The notes under the pieces: model-generated
Database searches by the model: none
The model's input: the letters and a program-made list of their open reading frames with translations, nothing else
What the model was told of the DNA's origin: nothing
In this document: piece after piece, positions 11,301-24,963 of the stretch
How the letters are laid out: every line of letters begins with the position of its first letter
How positions within the stretch are numbered: position 1 is the stretch's first letter
Assembly (NCBI RefSeq): GCF_018350175.1
Contig: NC_058382.1
Location: forward strand, 54,252,001 to 54,316,000
Length of the DNA stretch: 64,000 bases
Source: Felis catus
Lineage: Eukaryota
Direction of reading: 5' to 3'
Made by a program: the position numbers and the translations under genes

Positions 11301-12467
11301 CTGTCCACATACCTTCAAAGTTATGAAAATCCCTGCCTTCAAGTAATCTCCTGGAAGAACACGGTTAGGAAAATGCCAGTCTTGATGCTAATAACTGGTC
11401 AATCCAGGGGAAGAGCATGTGAGGGTCGTTTACTACCCTGCCAACTTGACCCTAGATGTAAAATTTTTTAAATTAAAAAACAAAACAAAACAAAAAAAAA
11501 CAACCGACAGAAAATACCCAACGCTCTACCCTAAAAAAGCTAAATTTCAGTGAAAAAATAAAACAACTACATTCAAAATCATGGGATTTTGACCCCATGA
11601 AATTAATAAGTGAGGAATATGTCCTTGAAACTCATGAAAAGAAAAACAAAGCGAGAAGGGAGAAATCAATACACGTATAGTCGATCATATTTCAAGATGG
11701 CTATCAAATACATGGGGTTTCACTATATGACTGTTTATGTTTACATGTTTGCATTTTTCTGTTTAAAATTTTACATAATAAAAAGAAAAAATAACTTTGA
11801 AAAGACTGTCTCCCAATGGTTTATGTACAACAGAGGCTATGCAAAATAATTAAGCGATGTTCATTGCTTTGCACTTAATAAATATGCAAATAGCTAGGCC
11901 ATGCTGCCTCTTCATAATACTGTTTCTTTAGAGACAATTTAAATGGTTTCCTTAATTGATTTATCTACGATCAAATTGGCCTATTTCTATTAAAACTCCT
12001 TTCCTTACAAAATGCTCTGTGAACATCTGTTTTAGATTCATTACATAATTTTTAGATGTATCACACAAACTCTGTAACAGTTTAAAAAAAGTAAAACCAT
12101 GCCAAACTAATCCAACTCCCAATCTTTGGATCGAGGAACGGGACTAGTTGAGTATTTATTTGTGATAATGCTTCAGAAAGTCCAGAGTATTTCTGGAGGA
12201 GCCTGCACCTTTGCACTTTGGGAGGTCTTTGGAGGGGGAAACCCTCTGCAGGTTTACAGAGGGAACAGGGAATAAGCAAGCTGGCACTGCCTTGAAAGAG
12301 CAGCATTCCCAAGAGCACCAGCCTAGGAGTATCAGGAGTGAGCCCAGATACTTCTTAGGAGCTAAGGGATTTGTGCTGGCAGGGAGGTCTCCAGCTTCAG
12401 AAAACATATGGAGAACACTCCTTCCCCAGGACAAAGCAGAAAACCATGTTAGACAAAGAGCCAACAC

Positions 12468-12770
12468 GATGGATAGGTGGGTGGGTGGATGTGTGAAAAT
12501 GGATGGCTGAGTGGATGAATGTACAGATAGGTGGATCACGGGATGGATAGATGGAAGGAAGGAAGGAAGGAAGGAAGGAAGGAAGGAAGGAAGGAAGGGA
12601 GGGAGGGAGGGAGGAAGGAAAGGAAAAATGGATGGCTGGCAGAGAGATGAACACATGGGATGGGTGGATGAAAAAAAGGACAGATAAATGAACAGATGAC
12701 TGGCTGGATGGGTGAAAGGTGGGTAAAGAGATGAGTTCAGAAATGAATGGGCAGATGATGGATGGCACTC
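12468..12770. repeat. (GGAT)n/(GGAA)n purine-rich low-complexity tract
   Basis: Directly visible; explains ORFs 12156..12779 and 12397..12768. Confidence 0.9.
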
Positions 12771-12784
12771 ACTCATCAAAATGA

Positions 12785-12970
12785 GCTTAGCATAGTATTT
12801 AAGAACACAGGCTGTGAAACAACACTATCTGGTTTAAATCCCCTGGTAAGCCTTTTATTATGTGTTCTTGAGCAAATGAAACTTCTCTGGGCCTCAGATG
12901 ACTCACCAGGCAAGGGGGAAATAACAGCACCTATCTCACAGGGTGGCTGTGGAGAATATACAAGTAAGTA
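12785..12970 (+). mobile_element. MIR
   Basis: agcatagtatttaagaacacaggct...tctctgggcctcag...ataacagcacctatctcacagggtggctgtg. Confidence 0.7.
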
Positions 12971-14249
12971 GTTTTGCATTCCATAGTAAAGGTCACTTAA
13001 TCTTGCATATCCTCCTGTGAATACAAATCTTGGTGGTATCTAAAGGCAGAATGTTTCCTCACCTTGCGGAATACGACCCCCCTAAGGATAACCAACTCCT
13101 CCCTGAAGAGACAGTCAACCTACTTGCATAAGTCCTTCCAAGTGTGGGAGATGGCTGTGCAGAGCAGTCCTGCTCAAGAAGCCTGGGGAGTTGCAAGGGT
13201 GCAGTGTCTACGCGGCTACTGAGGCCCACACTGTGAGTGGGGGGCTTGGTTTCTTCCCTCCTAGTTACCGGAAGACTGAGTCACAGAGTCACAAGTGGGT
13301 CTGCCTCCACCTCTGGTCCCGTCCCCAAAGCCACTGGGTGCCTTGACAGCCATTTCTCCTTAAATTAACCCAATACCAACAACAAATAGTATTAACGGGA
13401 TCATCCCGAATAGTCTAATGTGTGTGGGGAAACTGTTGGCCCTGCCATTTTCTATCCACATGACCCGCACAAGTTGCCCAACTTCTCTGGGCCTCAGTCT
13501 CCCCATCTGTAAAAGAGGTACACAAAATGAACCTGCTTTTTCTGAAAGACGAAAATACCCACCGGGAGCTCAGAGGAAAGCTGGCTCCAAATTTCCCATC
13601 ATACTTGGAATCTGCAGCCTCCCAGGACCGAATTCCCTTCCTTACATCCCTGTATAGGTTCTCTGACCCTCTTTTCCACTTCTTCTCAGGAGAGTCTCAA
13701 ACAGAACCAGAATTCTAATCTGTGCTGGTGATAACAACGGCCACGTTATTTAGGACTTGATCTTGCTCAGGTTCCGACAGTCTCTGGGGAAATCCTTTCT
13801 TTCCCCTTACCCTCTCCCAGCCTCCTCTGCTGACCCCTAACTCCTCACACCTGCTGAAACCACGCACCTGGGCCTCCAGGTCTCAGTAGTGCTGTTCCTG
13901 ACGCACCACGCCCACCTTACCTGCCCTGCACTACCTGAAGTTCAGTCCCTCCAGATGGAAACAATCATCAACTCCCTCCCCTCGGAATGAGTAACAAACA
14001 CATGAACGGCATTAAAACCTTGTACGCTCACACACACACCCACTGGCTCCTTTCAAAGATAAGCAATCTGAGACCCTGAACTGTTTCTTACAGCTCAACC
14101 AAATCATTAATTACCGTTTACTCCCTGTGATCCCAGCCAGTATGAGACAATATTCTACCACAGGGGGAAGTGGCAGGGGGGGATGGCAGGGAACTTCCAA
14201 CGCAGTTATTACCACTGCCAGGATGTCGAGCGGATGGCTGTCTCGTTAG

Positions 14250-14490
14250 GAATGATAATGATGTTAATCACCTTTATTGGTACGTGCTGTTCTAGGAACT
14301 GTGCTAAGCACTCATGAGGTTTTAGACTTGATCTCTGCACCCAGGCAGGCAGCTGGACATTATACTCACCCTTTGAAAGGTGAGAAAACTGAGTCTCAGA
14401 GAAGGTAGGAAACCTTCCCTCGATCACACAGTCAGTAGGGGGTTAGCCAAAATTGGAATTCTAGTTCGTCAGACCCCTCAGCCCAAGTCC
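14250..14490 (-). mobile_element. MIR
   Basis: tgtgctaagcact...tgagaaaactgagtctcagagaagg...atcacacag. Confidence 0.7.
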
Positions 14491-14962
14491 TTGGCCCCCT
14501 GGCCACACCTCGCCCCTGGGAAACCATCGGGCTAATGGGGGACACAGCCCTTAAATGAACGAGCTTGAAGTAACACATGACGGTAACAAATGATGGTGAA
14601 GATAATGTCACGCGGGAAACAACGGCGGAGGGAATGGGGTTACTTCAGATCAGAAGGGTAGCAAGACTCCCCTGAGAAAGAGCGATTTAAGCTAACACCA
14701 AGATGGGCCTTCAGAGGTGGAGAAAATCTGAGCTGGTGAAGTGAGGGGACTTTCCAAGCAGAAAGGAGAAAGGTCCCTCCCCACCTTCCTCTTCAGCCTT
14801 CTGCTAGCAGGCCAGTCGAAAAACACCACCACCCAACGTTTATCCAGAATTGACGAAATGCCAGCCACTTCTGAAAGTGATCCCCATAGACTGACCATAT
14901 GTTATATATGTGAACTCATTTAATCTTGGAAATAACCCAACAAGGCAGGTAATTTCATTCTC

Positions 14963-15157
14963 TTTTTTTAATGTTTATTTATTTTTGAGCGATAGCACGT
15001 GCCAAGAGGCAGAGACACGGGGACAGAGGATCTGAAGCAGGTTCTGCACTGCCAGCACAGAGTCCAACACAGGGCTCAAACTCATGAACCATGAGATCAC
15101 GACCTGAGCCACAATCAAGAGTTGGATGCTTAACAGACTGAGACACCCAGTGGCCCC
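14963..15157 (-). mobile_element. Can-SINE 1 of tandem triplet
   Basis: Reverse SINE, diverged. Confidence 0.9.
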
Positions 15158-15169
15158 TCTCTCTCTCTC

Positions 15170-15198
15170 TTAAAAAAAATTTTTTTAATGTTTATTTA

Positions 15199-15246
<48 letters not shown>

Positions 15247-15378
15247 AAGGAGACACAGAATCTGAAGCAGGCTCCAGGCTCTGAGCTATCAGCCCAGAGC
15301 CCCACGCAGGGCTTGAACTCACAAACCACAAGACCAACTTAGATGGATGCTTAACCAAGTGAGCCACCCAGGCACCTC
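15170..15378 (-). mobile_element. Can-SINE 2 of tandem triplet
   Basis: Reverse SINE with (GA)n. Confidence 0.9.
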
Positions 15379-15388
15379 TCCCTCTCTC

Positions 15389-15598
15389 TTTTTTGTAATG
15401 TTTATTTATTTTTGAGAGAGAGAGAGACAGAGTGCAAGCAGGGCAGGGACAGAGAGAGAGGGAGACAGAATCCGAAGCAGGCTCCAGGGCCCAAGCTGTC
15501 AGCACAGAGCCCAATGCGGGTCTCAAGCCCACGAACCGCACGATCATGACTTGAGCCAAAGTTGGACACTCAACCAACTAAGCCACCCAGGCATCCCC
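15389..15598 (-). mobile_element. Can-SINE 3 of tandem triplet
   Basis: Reverse full-length SINE. Confidence 0.93.
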
Positions 15599-17262
15599 TC
15601 TCTATTTTTTAACAGAGGATAAAACTGAGGCACCAAGAGGTTAAGGTCCTTGGCCAAGGCCTCACCTCTGACAAGCAGTGGAGAGGTAAGGCTTGGTCAG
15701 AAGCATCTTGGCTCCGGACCCCATACTTTCAGTGACTACACTACATCCATCACCCCCTCTTGTCCAGTAGGCCCAACCTGACTGAGGCTGACAGCTTATG
15801 TATAGCTTCAGACATTTGTCCTCAGCACTGCCAAGGTCACAGAAGACCTCTATCACCTTTAGGTGGCTTAGGAGTAAGTCTCCTGCACCTGACTCTCCCA
15901 GACTGCCCTGAGGGCCTCCCTCTACGGCTGCTCCAATTCTCCATCGGTTCAAATGGAAACAGACCAATTATCATTCATATTCCCTAACCCCAGCTTCCCA
16001 CCAAATGAAAACAGTATATGAAATTACAATAGCTCAGGAACCCAGGGTTACCAAAGGTTTTCCAGACGCTCGAAGGAATGCCTCCCACATCAGAGGGAGT
16101 TGGACCGAGAAACTTTGCATTACTAATTCATGCCTTGCCCTCTGAATGCCAAGAGCAAAGCAAGAAAGAATAAAGGAAGATGCCCACGCCTGCTGTGTAC
16201 CCATGGATACACCAGCACATTCAACCCTAGACATCCCCAGATTCTGGACCCCTAGCCCACATCTGCAAGGACCTCTCTGCATCCTTCCAACATCCTGGGA
16301 TAACTCCCGTGGGGGCAGAAAGGCATGCGGACCCCGTCACTACAACTTGGGGCATGAAGTCTTCAGGAAGGATAAAGACAGGACACGTTCTGGAAGCAAC
16401 TAGGCATGGGCTGTTTCAGGTCTGGAAGACTGATTGCTCCAGATTATCTAATCAGAGAAGGCAGTATAAATAGGCAGTGTTTCCCACCCAGTCCAGCAAA
16501 ACCGCACTAGAGAAACAGATGCCAGACCAAGAATTTTGGCTCAGAGCCACATAATTTAAGCCAGCCTCCAGGTGAGAGTCTAAAGTGAAAAATTCAGCAG
16601 CATCCAAGTGATGAGGGACCGAGAGGAATTCCCACACCCCTCTCCTGGGAAACACTGAACCAGAGAGACCGCTCCTTGATCAAGAACACGCAGACAGAAC
16701 CCGGCAATAGCAACATCACTGCAGGACATATTTATGAGAACTTCTAAAACACATCCGAACACAAACATCACTAAAAGTTCTCAGCAAAACCCTCACCAGG
16801 AAAAGCACCACTGCGCATTTTTACATAGCATTTGTGTCATGTTTTCAAAGACGACAGAAAATACAACCTCTGTTTTTAGAAAAGAGAGAAAGGTAAAAGA
16901 TGAAATGAAACCAATAGGTTGAGCAGGAAGCTGAAATGAAAGAAGGCTCATTTACATCAGAAAGGATGTAAGGGAACCAAAGGAAAAAACACAAGCAAAG
17001 AAATAAAATTCCCATTGGAACCAGAAAAGGACAGAATCAACATGCAGAAAATCAAATCCATGATGGAGACAGTGTAGTTGAAAAGCTCTCCAAGGACACA
17101 GAGGTCTTTAAAGAAGACCTTGAGGAACATGACAAATAGACATCTATCTAGGAGGGCTAACAGAGATCCAACCAAGGTAAAGTCTGGGAGAGGGGGAACA
17201 AAACCAAACTAGGCCAAAACACTAACGAGTCCTACCAGAAGAAATCCCTGCATCTTGAGTCT

Positions 17263-17373
17263 GTAGGGGGGTGGGAGGGAGGGTAGGGTGTGTGATGGGC
17301 ATTGAGGGGGGCACCTGTTGGGATGCGCACTGGGTGTTGTATGGAAACCAATTTGACAATAAATATCATATTA

Positions 17374-17404
<31 letters not shown>

Positions 17405-17408
17405 AAAA
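17263..17408 (+). mobile_element. Short, 5'-truncated felid L1 3' end
   Basis: gatgggcattgaggggggcacctgttgggatgcgcactgggtgttgtatggaaaccaatttgacaataaa + (AAAT)n tail. Confidence 0.85.
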
Positions 17409-17454
17409 TCGCTTAACAATATTACCTCATTAAAGACTTTAAAAAAAGGAAAGA

Positions 17455-17676
17455 GGGGCGCCTGGGTGGCGCAGTCGGTTAAGCGCCCGACTTCAGCCAG
17501 GTCACGATCTCGCGGTCCGTGAGTTCGAGCACCGCGTCGGGCTCTGGGCTGATGGCTCAGAGCCTGGAGCCTGTTTCCGATTCTGTGTCTCCCCCTCTCT
17601 CTGCCCCTCCCCCGTTCATGCTCTGTCTCTCTCTGTCCCAAAAATAAATAAATGTTGAAAAAAAAAATAAAAAAAA

Positions 17677-17718
<42 letters not shown>
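17455..17718 (+). mobile_element. Young SINEC_Fc
   Basis: CpG-intact body (cgcggtccgtgagttcgag), long (AAAT)n tail, TSD aaaggaaaga. Confidence 0.97.
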
Positions 17719-17720
<2 letters not shown>

Positions 17721-18039
17721 AGGAAAGAAAGATGTCAGTGATGGGGAATGCCGAGGTTGAGAATCAATCAACTTTGTTTCTTTATTTCTCTTCTTGCAGA
17801 ACTTCTTAACTTCAAAAAATTAAACCCCCGCACTCTCACACCCCAACTCTCCAAAATGGTAGGCAAAAAAATTAGGCAGACTTCAGAGAACATTAAAATA
17901 CCAGGATACAAACTGAAAAAAATAAATATTGCAAACTTAAGAATTCTAAAACCGGTGAGGTGGGCCTTCATATGAAAACGAAGGAGGAAAAGATCTCCTG
18001 TGTGAAGAACAAAATATACATAACTATCCATTTAAAAAA

Positions 18040-19340
18040 TGACTCTATCCTGCAGTGCCAGAAAATAACTACTTAAAAATTAAAATAAACAAGCCTTGAA
18101 TGATGGGAGAATGCCAAAAGGAACCAACTGAAAGAGCTCCCAGTGGCCAAAGCTAGAAAAATTTGAATAAGAAAATAAATAGTGACATTACTACACTTAC
18201 AACCCAAGGAGTAACATAAATATCCGTGAGTTCATCTGATATAAATAAATGAATTACTTATCAGAAGTTGCCTGCAGACTAAATCTGGCCCAATGCCTGT
18301 TTTAATAATAAAGATTTATTGGGACGTACCGATGTCCATTCATTTATGTATCATCTATGGGTGTTCCAAACCACAGAAGTAGGGCTAGCTGTGTAGTGGA
18401 GACTGCATGGTCCATAAAGTCTAAAATATTTGCTATCTGGCCTATAACAGAAAAGGTTTGCTGACTCTGGAAGAAACAAACAAGCAGGGGAGAAAATAAC
18501 CAATATCCCTTACAGAAGAATTCCACATAAGGAATGTAAAAAAGGAATAAGGGAAATAGAAAAATCACCACCAGAATACCACAGAAATAATTGCTATAGG
18601 AAAGATCCACAGACAGATGCTAAAATTAGTGGGTAACATTTTGAAGAGAAATGAGATATTTGGATAGCATCAAAATATCCCCCAACATACTTACTGACCA
18701 CCATGGTAATTGTAACAGATGCCCACCTACTGATATTCCCTCCTTTAGGGGCTGGAGCTTAATTCCTCTCCCCTTGAGTGACAGGGCTTAAAGACTTCTT
18801 TCTAATGAGTAGAGTATGTGAAGGGAAAAACAGTAACTACAGTGGAGGAGAGATATGGCAAAGACCGTGATCAAGGCTATGTCGTCCATGATAAATCATG
18901 CTGATGCTGTGTATACTCCTGACACGGTTCACTTGCAAGGGCACTTCCCTCTGCAGTGTAATTCCCCAAACCCATCATCTCATGAGGAAACACTAGACAA
19001 ACTCACACTGAGAAACTATCTACGAAGGTCTTGTAATGCAAGGAAAGATGTAGATACTGTCTCAGACTAGAGGACACTGAGAAAGTAACAACCAGATTCA
19101 ATGTGGTATTCTGGACCGGATTGTGACACAGGAAAGGATGTCCGTGAAATACTGGTGAAATCCTGATGAAGTCCACAGTTTAGGTCATAATGCAGCACCA
19201 ATGTCAATTTCTTAGTTCCGATAAATGTACATGGTATAAAATGTAAGTAACTGTGAAAACTGGTTTAAGGGGAGACGGGAACTCTGTGCCCCATCTTCAT
19301 AGTTCTTCCAAAAGTCTATAATTATTCCAAATGTTTTTTA
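18040..19340 (+). mobile_element. L1MC/L1MD-type 3' UTR remnant
   Basis: aactgaaagagctcccagtggccaaagct...gtgatcaagg...caatgtggtattctgga...taatgcagcaccaatgtcaatttcttagt; homologous to 50660-52022. Confidence 0.75.
18262..18469. mobile_element. MER58A-like hAT-Charlie MITE inside the L1 3' UTR
   Basis: aaatctggccc...aataaagatttattgg...taaaatatttgctatctggcc...aggtttgctgactctg. Confidence 0.85.
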
Positions 19341-20146
19341 AAAAGTATAAGTGTAGCATTTAGTATACACAATTGTATAATGAAACGAAAGACAAAAAAG
19401 AATCTGAATAGTAACCACAATCATAAAACCTAACAAATTTTAAGCACTCATTATGTACTTATTTGCTTAGTGATAGAAATGAAAAGAATGAGCAAAGACA
19501 TATCAGGCAGTACCAAAATTTGTACAGAATATCAAAGTAAAATTAAGGAGCAAAATGAAGACATTTTAAATTAAAAATATTCACTAAATATATAATAGGC
19601 ATGAACTTTTCTACAGCACATAACAGATCAAACAATCACTAAAAAATTCAACAGAAATTGACAGAAGCAATTTGAACTTAAGACTTAAACTCAATACATG
19701 GAGAAATCAAGCAGATGGAAACTAGGGATATAAGAAATCTGAATAATGTAAATATGATAGGCATTCTAGTAAATATTGCAGGTATTTGTATAAACAAAAA
19801 CTTTTAACTTCATAATTTGTAAAGAATATAAAATCTACCAAAAAAATCTACAGAAAACCACTTTGGAACACTTATAAAAATTGATTATAAACTAAAATAT
19901 GAGAGAAAAATTAATAAATGCCAGAAAGAAAATATTGTACAAACTGTGTTCTCTAAATGCAATGCTACAACACTAAATGAAAGCACAATTTAAAAATAAA
20001 TCCTAAACAAGTTTACAAATAAAAAAATAATGGTAACTGGTAAAATCAGCAACCATCAGATGAAGGCCTAAGAAAATTTATAATAATAATTTTTTAAAAA
20101 GTAAAAACTGAACACACACGTATTATCAAAGTAGTTGGGATGTGGA

Positions 20147-20290
20147 AAGAAGGAAGGAAGGAAGGAAGGGAGGAAGGGAGGAAGGGAGGAAGGGAGGAAG
20201 GGAGGAAGGGAGGAAGGGAGGAAGGGAGGAAGGGAGGAAGGGAGGAAGGGAGGAAGGGAGGAAAGGAGGAAGGGAGGAAGGAAGGAGGAG
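20147..20290. repeat. (GGAA)n/(GGAAGGGA)n polypurine repeat
   Basis: Directly visible. Confidence 0.97.
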
Positions 20291-21189
20291 TTCAATATCA
20301 ACACTGACTAATCAGTAAATGAAAAATCACTCTTGGGAAGTAAGAGGAAAGAATAAATACCAAATTAACAAACTAGAAAATACACCAAATATGAACCTAC
20401 TGACATTCAAAAAATGAAAATAAAGAGCAAAAATGGAAGAGTAGGCAGTTCTAAAAGCCTGCCCCTCCAGAGAAACACCAAAAATCAAGCAAAAACATCA
20501 GAATCAACTCTTTCAGAATTCTGGAAAACAAAGTTAATAGCAACCAAACAAACACTAAATCAAGAAAAACACAACTTAAAAACATCAGGAAAGCTTTGCG
20601 TCAATTTTGCTTGCCCATGACCCTCCCATTCTCCAGCTCATCAGCAGTCTTGAACATGGCGGCCCACATTCCCAGGGTAGGACCATGATCCTTGGTTCTG
20701 GAGAGAGCAGAGAAGACCTTATCCTCAAAGAACTGTGCTTGTTCTAACTGGTCTTTGGGCTACCTGAAAGACAGATACAAGCACTTGCTTTCATTTTGTT
20801 AATCCTGAAACCTACTGGGGTTGGAAAAGTAGCTATGCAGAGTCATTCTTTCAAAACAATGTAAGGCAAGTGAACAATCTGCTGCCAACTGGGGCAAAAG
20901 AGTGCTGTTGAGAAAAACAATAGATGCACAGAAAGCCTGGGAGGAAAAGCTGGAGGGTTTCTTCATAAAAGTAAAGCATTCAAAAGTGCCCATGTATACT
21001 GGAAATTTAGAAAGCTACGCACTTGCCCAGGACAGAATGCATGCTCAGAAAAGACTTAAGCCAGACCTACACTTTTCACTTCTGACTGATCTCGAGGCTT
21101 AGTGCAAGGACAAGTGACAACTAAGGCAGTTGTAAATGGCCTGGCCAGGCACTGAAGGAATGTCCCAACAGAATGAATCTAGGACAGTC

Positions 21190-21286
21190 GCTCTTTCTCT
21201 CCTTTCTTTCTCTTCCTTCCTTCCCCTTCCTTCCTTCCTTCCTTCCTTCCTTCCTTCCTTCCTTCCTTCCTTCCTTCCTTCCTTTT

Positions 21287-21345
<59 letters not shown>

Positions 21346-21352
21346 CCCTTTC
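21190..21352. repeat. (TTCC)n(TTTC)n polypyrimidine repeat
   Basis: Directly visible. Confidence 0.97.
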
Positions 21353-24300
21353 TATTCTTTATTTCTATATTTATTTCTCCTGGAATACAAGGATATCTGT
21401 TATAAATAACTTCGCACAAGCTAAAGGAACAGAGACTTCAGAAATCACACATGACGAAGAATATGGACCTTACAAAAAGAGCTTAGAAAAGTCTCTAAAC
21501 AAACATCAACAGCCCACAACAAGAAACAAAATCAAGCCTGAGGAGGGGGAAGAGTATGATTTCCAGAGTGACTATATTATAACATTCTAACTGTCCAGTT
21601 TTCAACAAAAAAGCTATGAAGCACTCAAATAAGGAAATATGGCCCTTCATTAACAGAAAAAATAAACAGAAACTATTCCTGAGGAAGGATAGACATTGGA
21701 CTTGCTAGACAAAGGCTTCAAAATCAACTGTCTTAAATATGCTCAAAGAACAAGAGGAAACCATGGACAAGGAGGTTTCAAAGAGGATAACAATGTCTTG
21801 ACAAATAGAAAATATCAATAGAGATTTTTAAAAATCATAAAAAGGAACCAAATAGAAATTTGGGATCTGAAAATTATAACAGCTTAAATGAAAATTGCAC
21901 CAGAGAGTTTCACTAGAAGATTTATGCAGACAGAAGGAAGAATTGAAGGTAGCTCAACTGAAATTATCCAGTCTGAGCAGAATGGAAAAAAATGGAAAAA
22001 AAAAAAACCACAGCCCAAGAGATCTTTAAGCCACCATCAAGGGTAACAACATACACACAATAAAAGAGAGGAGAAAAAGAAATGGGCAAATGGAATATTT
22101 GAAGAAATAAGAGCCAAAATTTTCCAAATTTTATGAAATATATGTCTATACGTTTAAGAAGTTCAACAAATTCCAAGTAGGATAATCTCAAAGAGATCGA
22201 CAGGAGACAAATTATAATCAAATAGTTGAAAGACAAATTCACAGAGAGAATCTTAAAAGCAGCAAGAGAGAAATAACACATCATGTACAGGAGGTCCTCA
22301 ACAAGATTAACAGTTAATTTCTCATCAGGAACTATGGAGGCAAGAAGGCAGTGGAACCACATATCTAAAGTACTGGGTAAAAAAACCTGTCAACCAAGAA
22401 TTTTACATCTACATTACATGAAGAGAAAAATTATGATAGTTCCAGATAAATAAAACTGAGGTAATGACATCTCTATTAGACCTGCCCTACAATATATACT
22501 AAAAGGAGTCCTTTAGGCTAAAATGAAAGGTAGTAAATTGAAGCCATCTGAAGAAATAAAAAACTCCAGAAATGATAAGCAATAAGTAAATATAAAATCC
22601 AGCATTACTGTATTTTTTGATTTGTAACTTTTTGTTTCCTGTATGATTTAAGACAAATGAATACAGCAATAATTACATATGTACGTTAATGGGTACATTA
22701 TATAAAGATATAATTAGTGATAATAATAAAAACAGGTGGAGGGATCTGTACATAAGCTGAGTTTTTCTATGATATTGCAGCTACACTGAAATCAAAACTT
22801 AGGATGTTAGTGGTAAACCCCACAGTACCATTAAGAAAATATCTTTAAAATGTACAGTAAAGGAAATGACAAGGGAATCAAAACATGATAATACAAAAAC
22901 TGATTCTTGAGGCAAAGCAATAAAATGGATGAATTACTGATCAATCCCACTGAAGAAGAAATAGAGAAAATACAAATAAAATTAATCATAAATTAAATGA
23001 GAATATAACAGATTGAAATTAAATGCATGCAATACCATGTACTCTAATATGGTGAAAGTTTGAAATGCTGGGTGATATGCATATTGTAAAATAATATACA
23101 CATTAGCAAAAATGACTCAGAAAAAAACTGAAATTGGAAAGAAACAGATATAGTTACTAAAATTAAACATCTGAACAGAATGATAACTACAGGGAAAAAT
23201 GGGTAATTATTAAATAATTTCCTAAGAAAAGGTTCTAAACTAAAATAAGACTACCCAAAAATCTTTCAGATATTTAAGATATAGGTAGTTCCAATAGTAC
23301 AGATATTATTTTAGTGCAGAGAGAAAAAATGAAAAGCTTCCAAACGCACTGAACAAGAACATTCAAAAGAAATAATATATTTAAAGAATAAAATATCTTG
23401 CAGTTACAGATGGTTAAATTTTAAAAGTACCAAGATAAGTTTCACATTAATTGGTAAAAGAAGGAAAAATGACATGCTCTTAATAGATGCATTAACAGTC
23501 AATTACCCAAATTTTAAATTCACTCCAGACCATCTTCCCTTGAAAAAAAAGAGACTAAAAATATATATAACAAAAAAAGCTATATTAAATTAGCAGTTTG
23601 CATCAATGTTAACAATAAAATGTAATAGGCACTCCCACTATAGTCAAGATCAAAACAAAGAGATATATAATGATTTCGTTATTGAGCTATTTTGGGTGAA
23701 AGGAACAGCACAAGAAAATATTAAATAGGAAAAGGAGACATGAAGATAGGAAAAAAGTCAAAATTATCATTATTTGTAGATAATATGATTACATATCTTA
23801 TATGTCTAAAAATGTGATATAAAATTCGACCAGAATGTATAAAATTTAGCAAATGATTAAGTATAAAAGTAATATTAATAATTCACTATCAACTTTGCTC
23901 CAAAATGAAACAACACATTCTCTTCAAATATGCATTAAGTACTCACAAAAACAAGGATATATTACACTGCAAGGAAAATGTCAACACACTAGAAAAACAG
24001 AAATCACACAAGCCATAATTTCTCAATTTGTTCTAATAAAATTGTGAATCAACAAAAAAAGGATAGATAAGAAAAATCTAAGGACTGGCCCTCCATTTTC
24101 TACTCAATATGTGGAGTTAGAAGAAAGCACTGCTCCCCACTTTACAACAATAAAGATCCAGACAAACCTATGCTCATGACTTATCTAAAACTCATCAGAG
24201 AGCAGGTACTGAGAAAAAAACAACTAGCTCAGAATCTCAGATGCTTGCAGAGAGAGACTAAAGAGGACACTTATCTCAAGTAGATGCCCCTGGATACCAG

Positions 24301-24963
24301 CTCTAATGGATAAGGTGAAAAATGCAAGATCAGATGGGAAAATTCAGTGGAATTTTCTTAAAGAAAAATTATCCTAATGAAATATTCTTAAAGAATTTTT
24401 TTAAATTCCTAAAAAAATTCTTAAAGAAACTATAAGAAATCATCAAGTAAAAATGCAAGAAATCAAGACCATAACAAAAGAGATAAGAATTGCAATTGAT
24501 AGTGATCAGGAGAGTCAACATAACTAATGAAAAAAATCATAAAACTTGAAGGTACATCAATAGAAATTAGTCAAATAGAAACACATGTTTAAAAGTTGGG
24601 AACAGAGGTGGGGGGAAGGGTATCTAAGATCTGTAGAACAAAACCAAATACTGTGACATAGGTGTCATTGGCATCCCAGAGTGAGAAGAAAGGGAGAATG
24701 GGCAGAAAAAAATTTCAAATATGAATAGACAAAAATGTTGAAAATTAGTGATAGTACAAGACCACTAATCCCCAGAGCAGGATAAATGCTCCCCCCAAAA
24801 AAGAACATAATATAATACAATATACCAAGTCATAGCATACTGGAACTGCAGAAAAACAAAATACAGAGAGAAAATTTTGCCATCAGAGAGAAAGAACACA
24901 TATCATATAAAAGGACAAAAATAACTATTACATCAGATTTCTTATCAAAAACCATGCATGACA

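Noticed and set aside
12156..12779. 207-aa ORF
   Set aside because: Product of (TTCC)/(ATCC) simple repeats
14963..15598. CRISPR-like or other regular repeat-spacer array
   Set aside because: Repeats are SINEs in mammalian intron DNA; no prokaryotic features anywhere in the window
17263..17447. Second L1 3' transduction
   Set aside because: ATTAAA plus A-run follows the tail but no TSD can be identified
17455..17540. tRNA gene
   Set aside because: tRNA-derived head of a Can-SINE followed by CT tract, A tail and TSD; applies to all such heads
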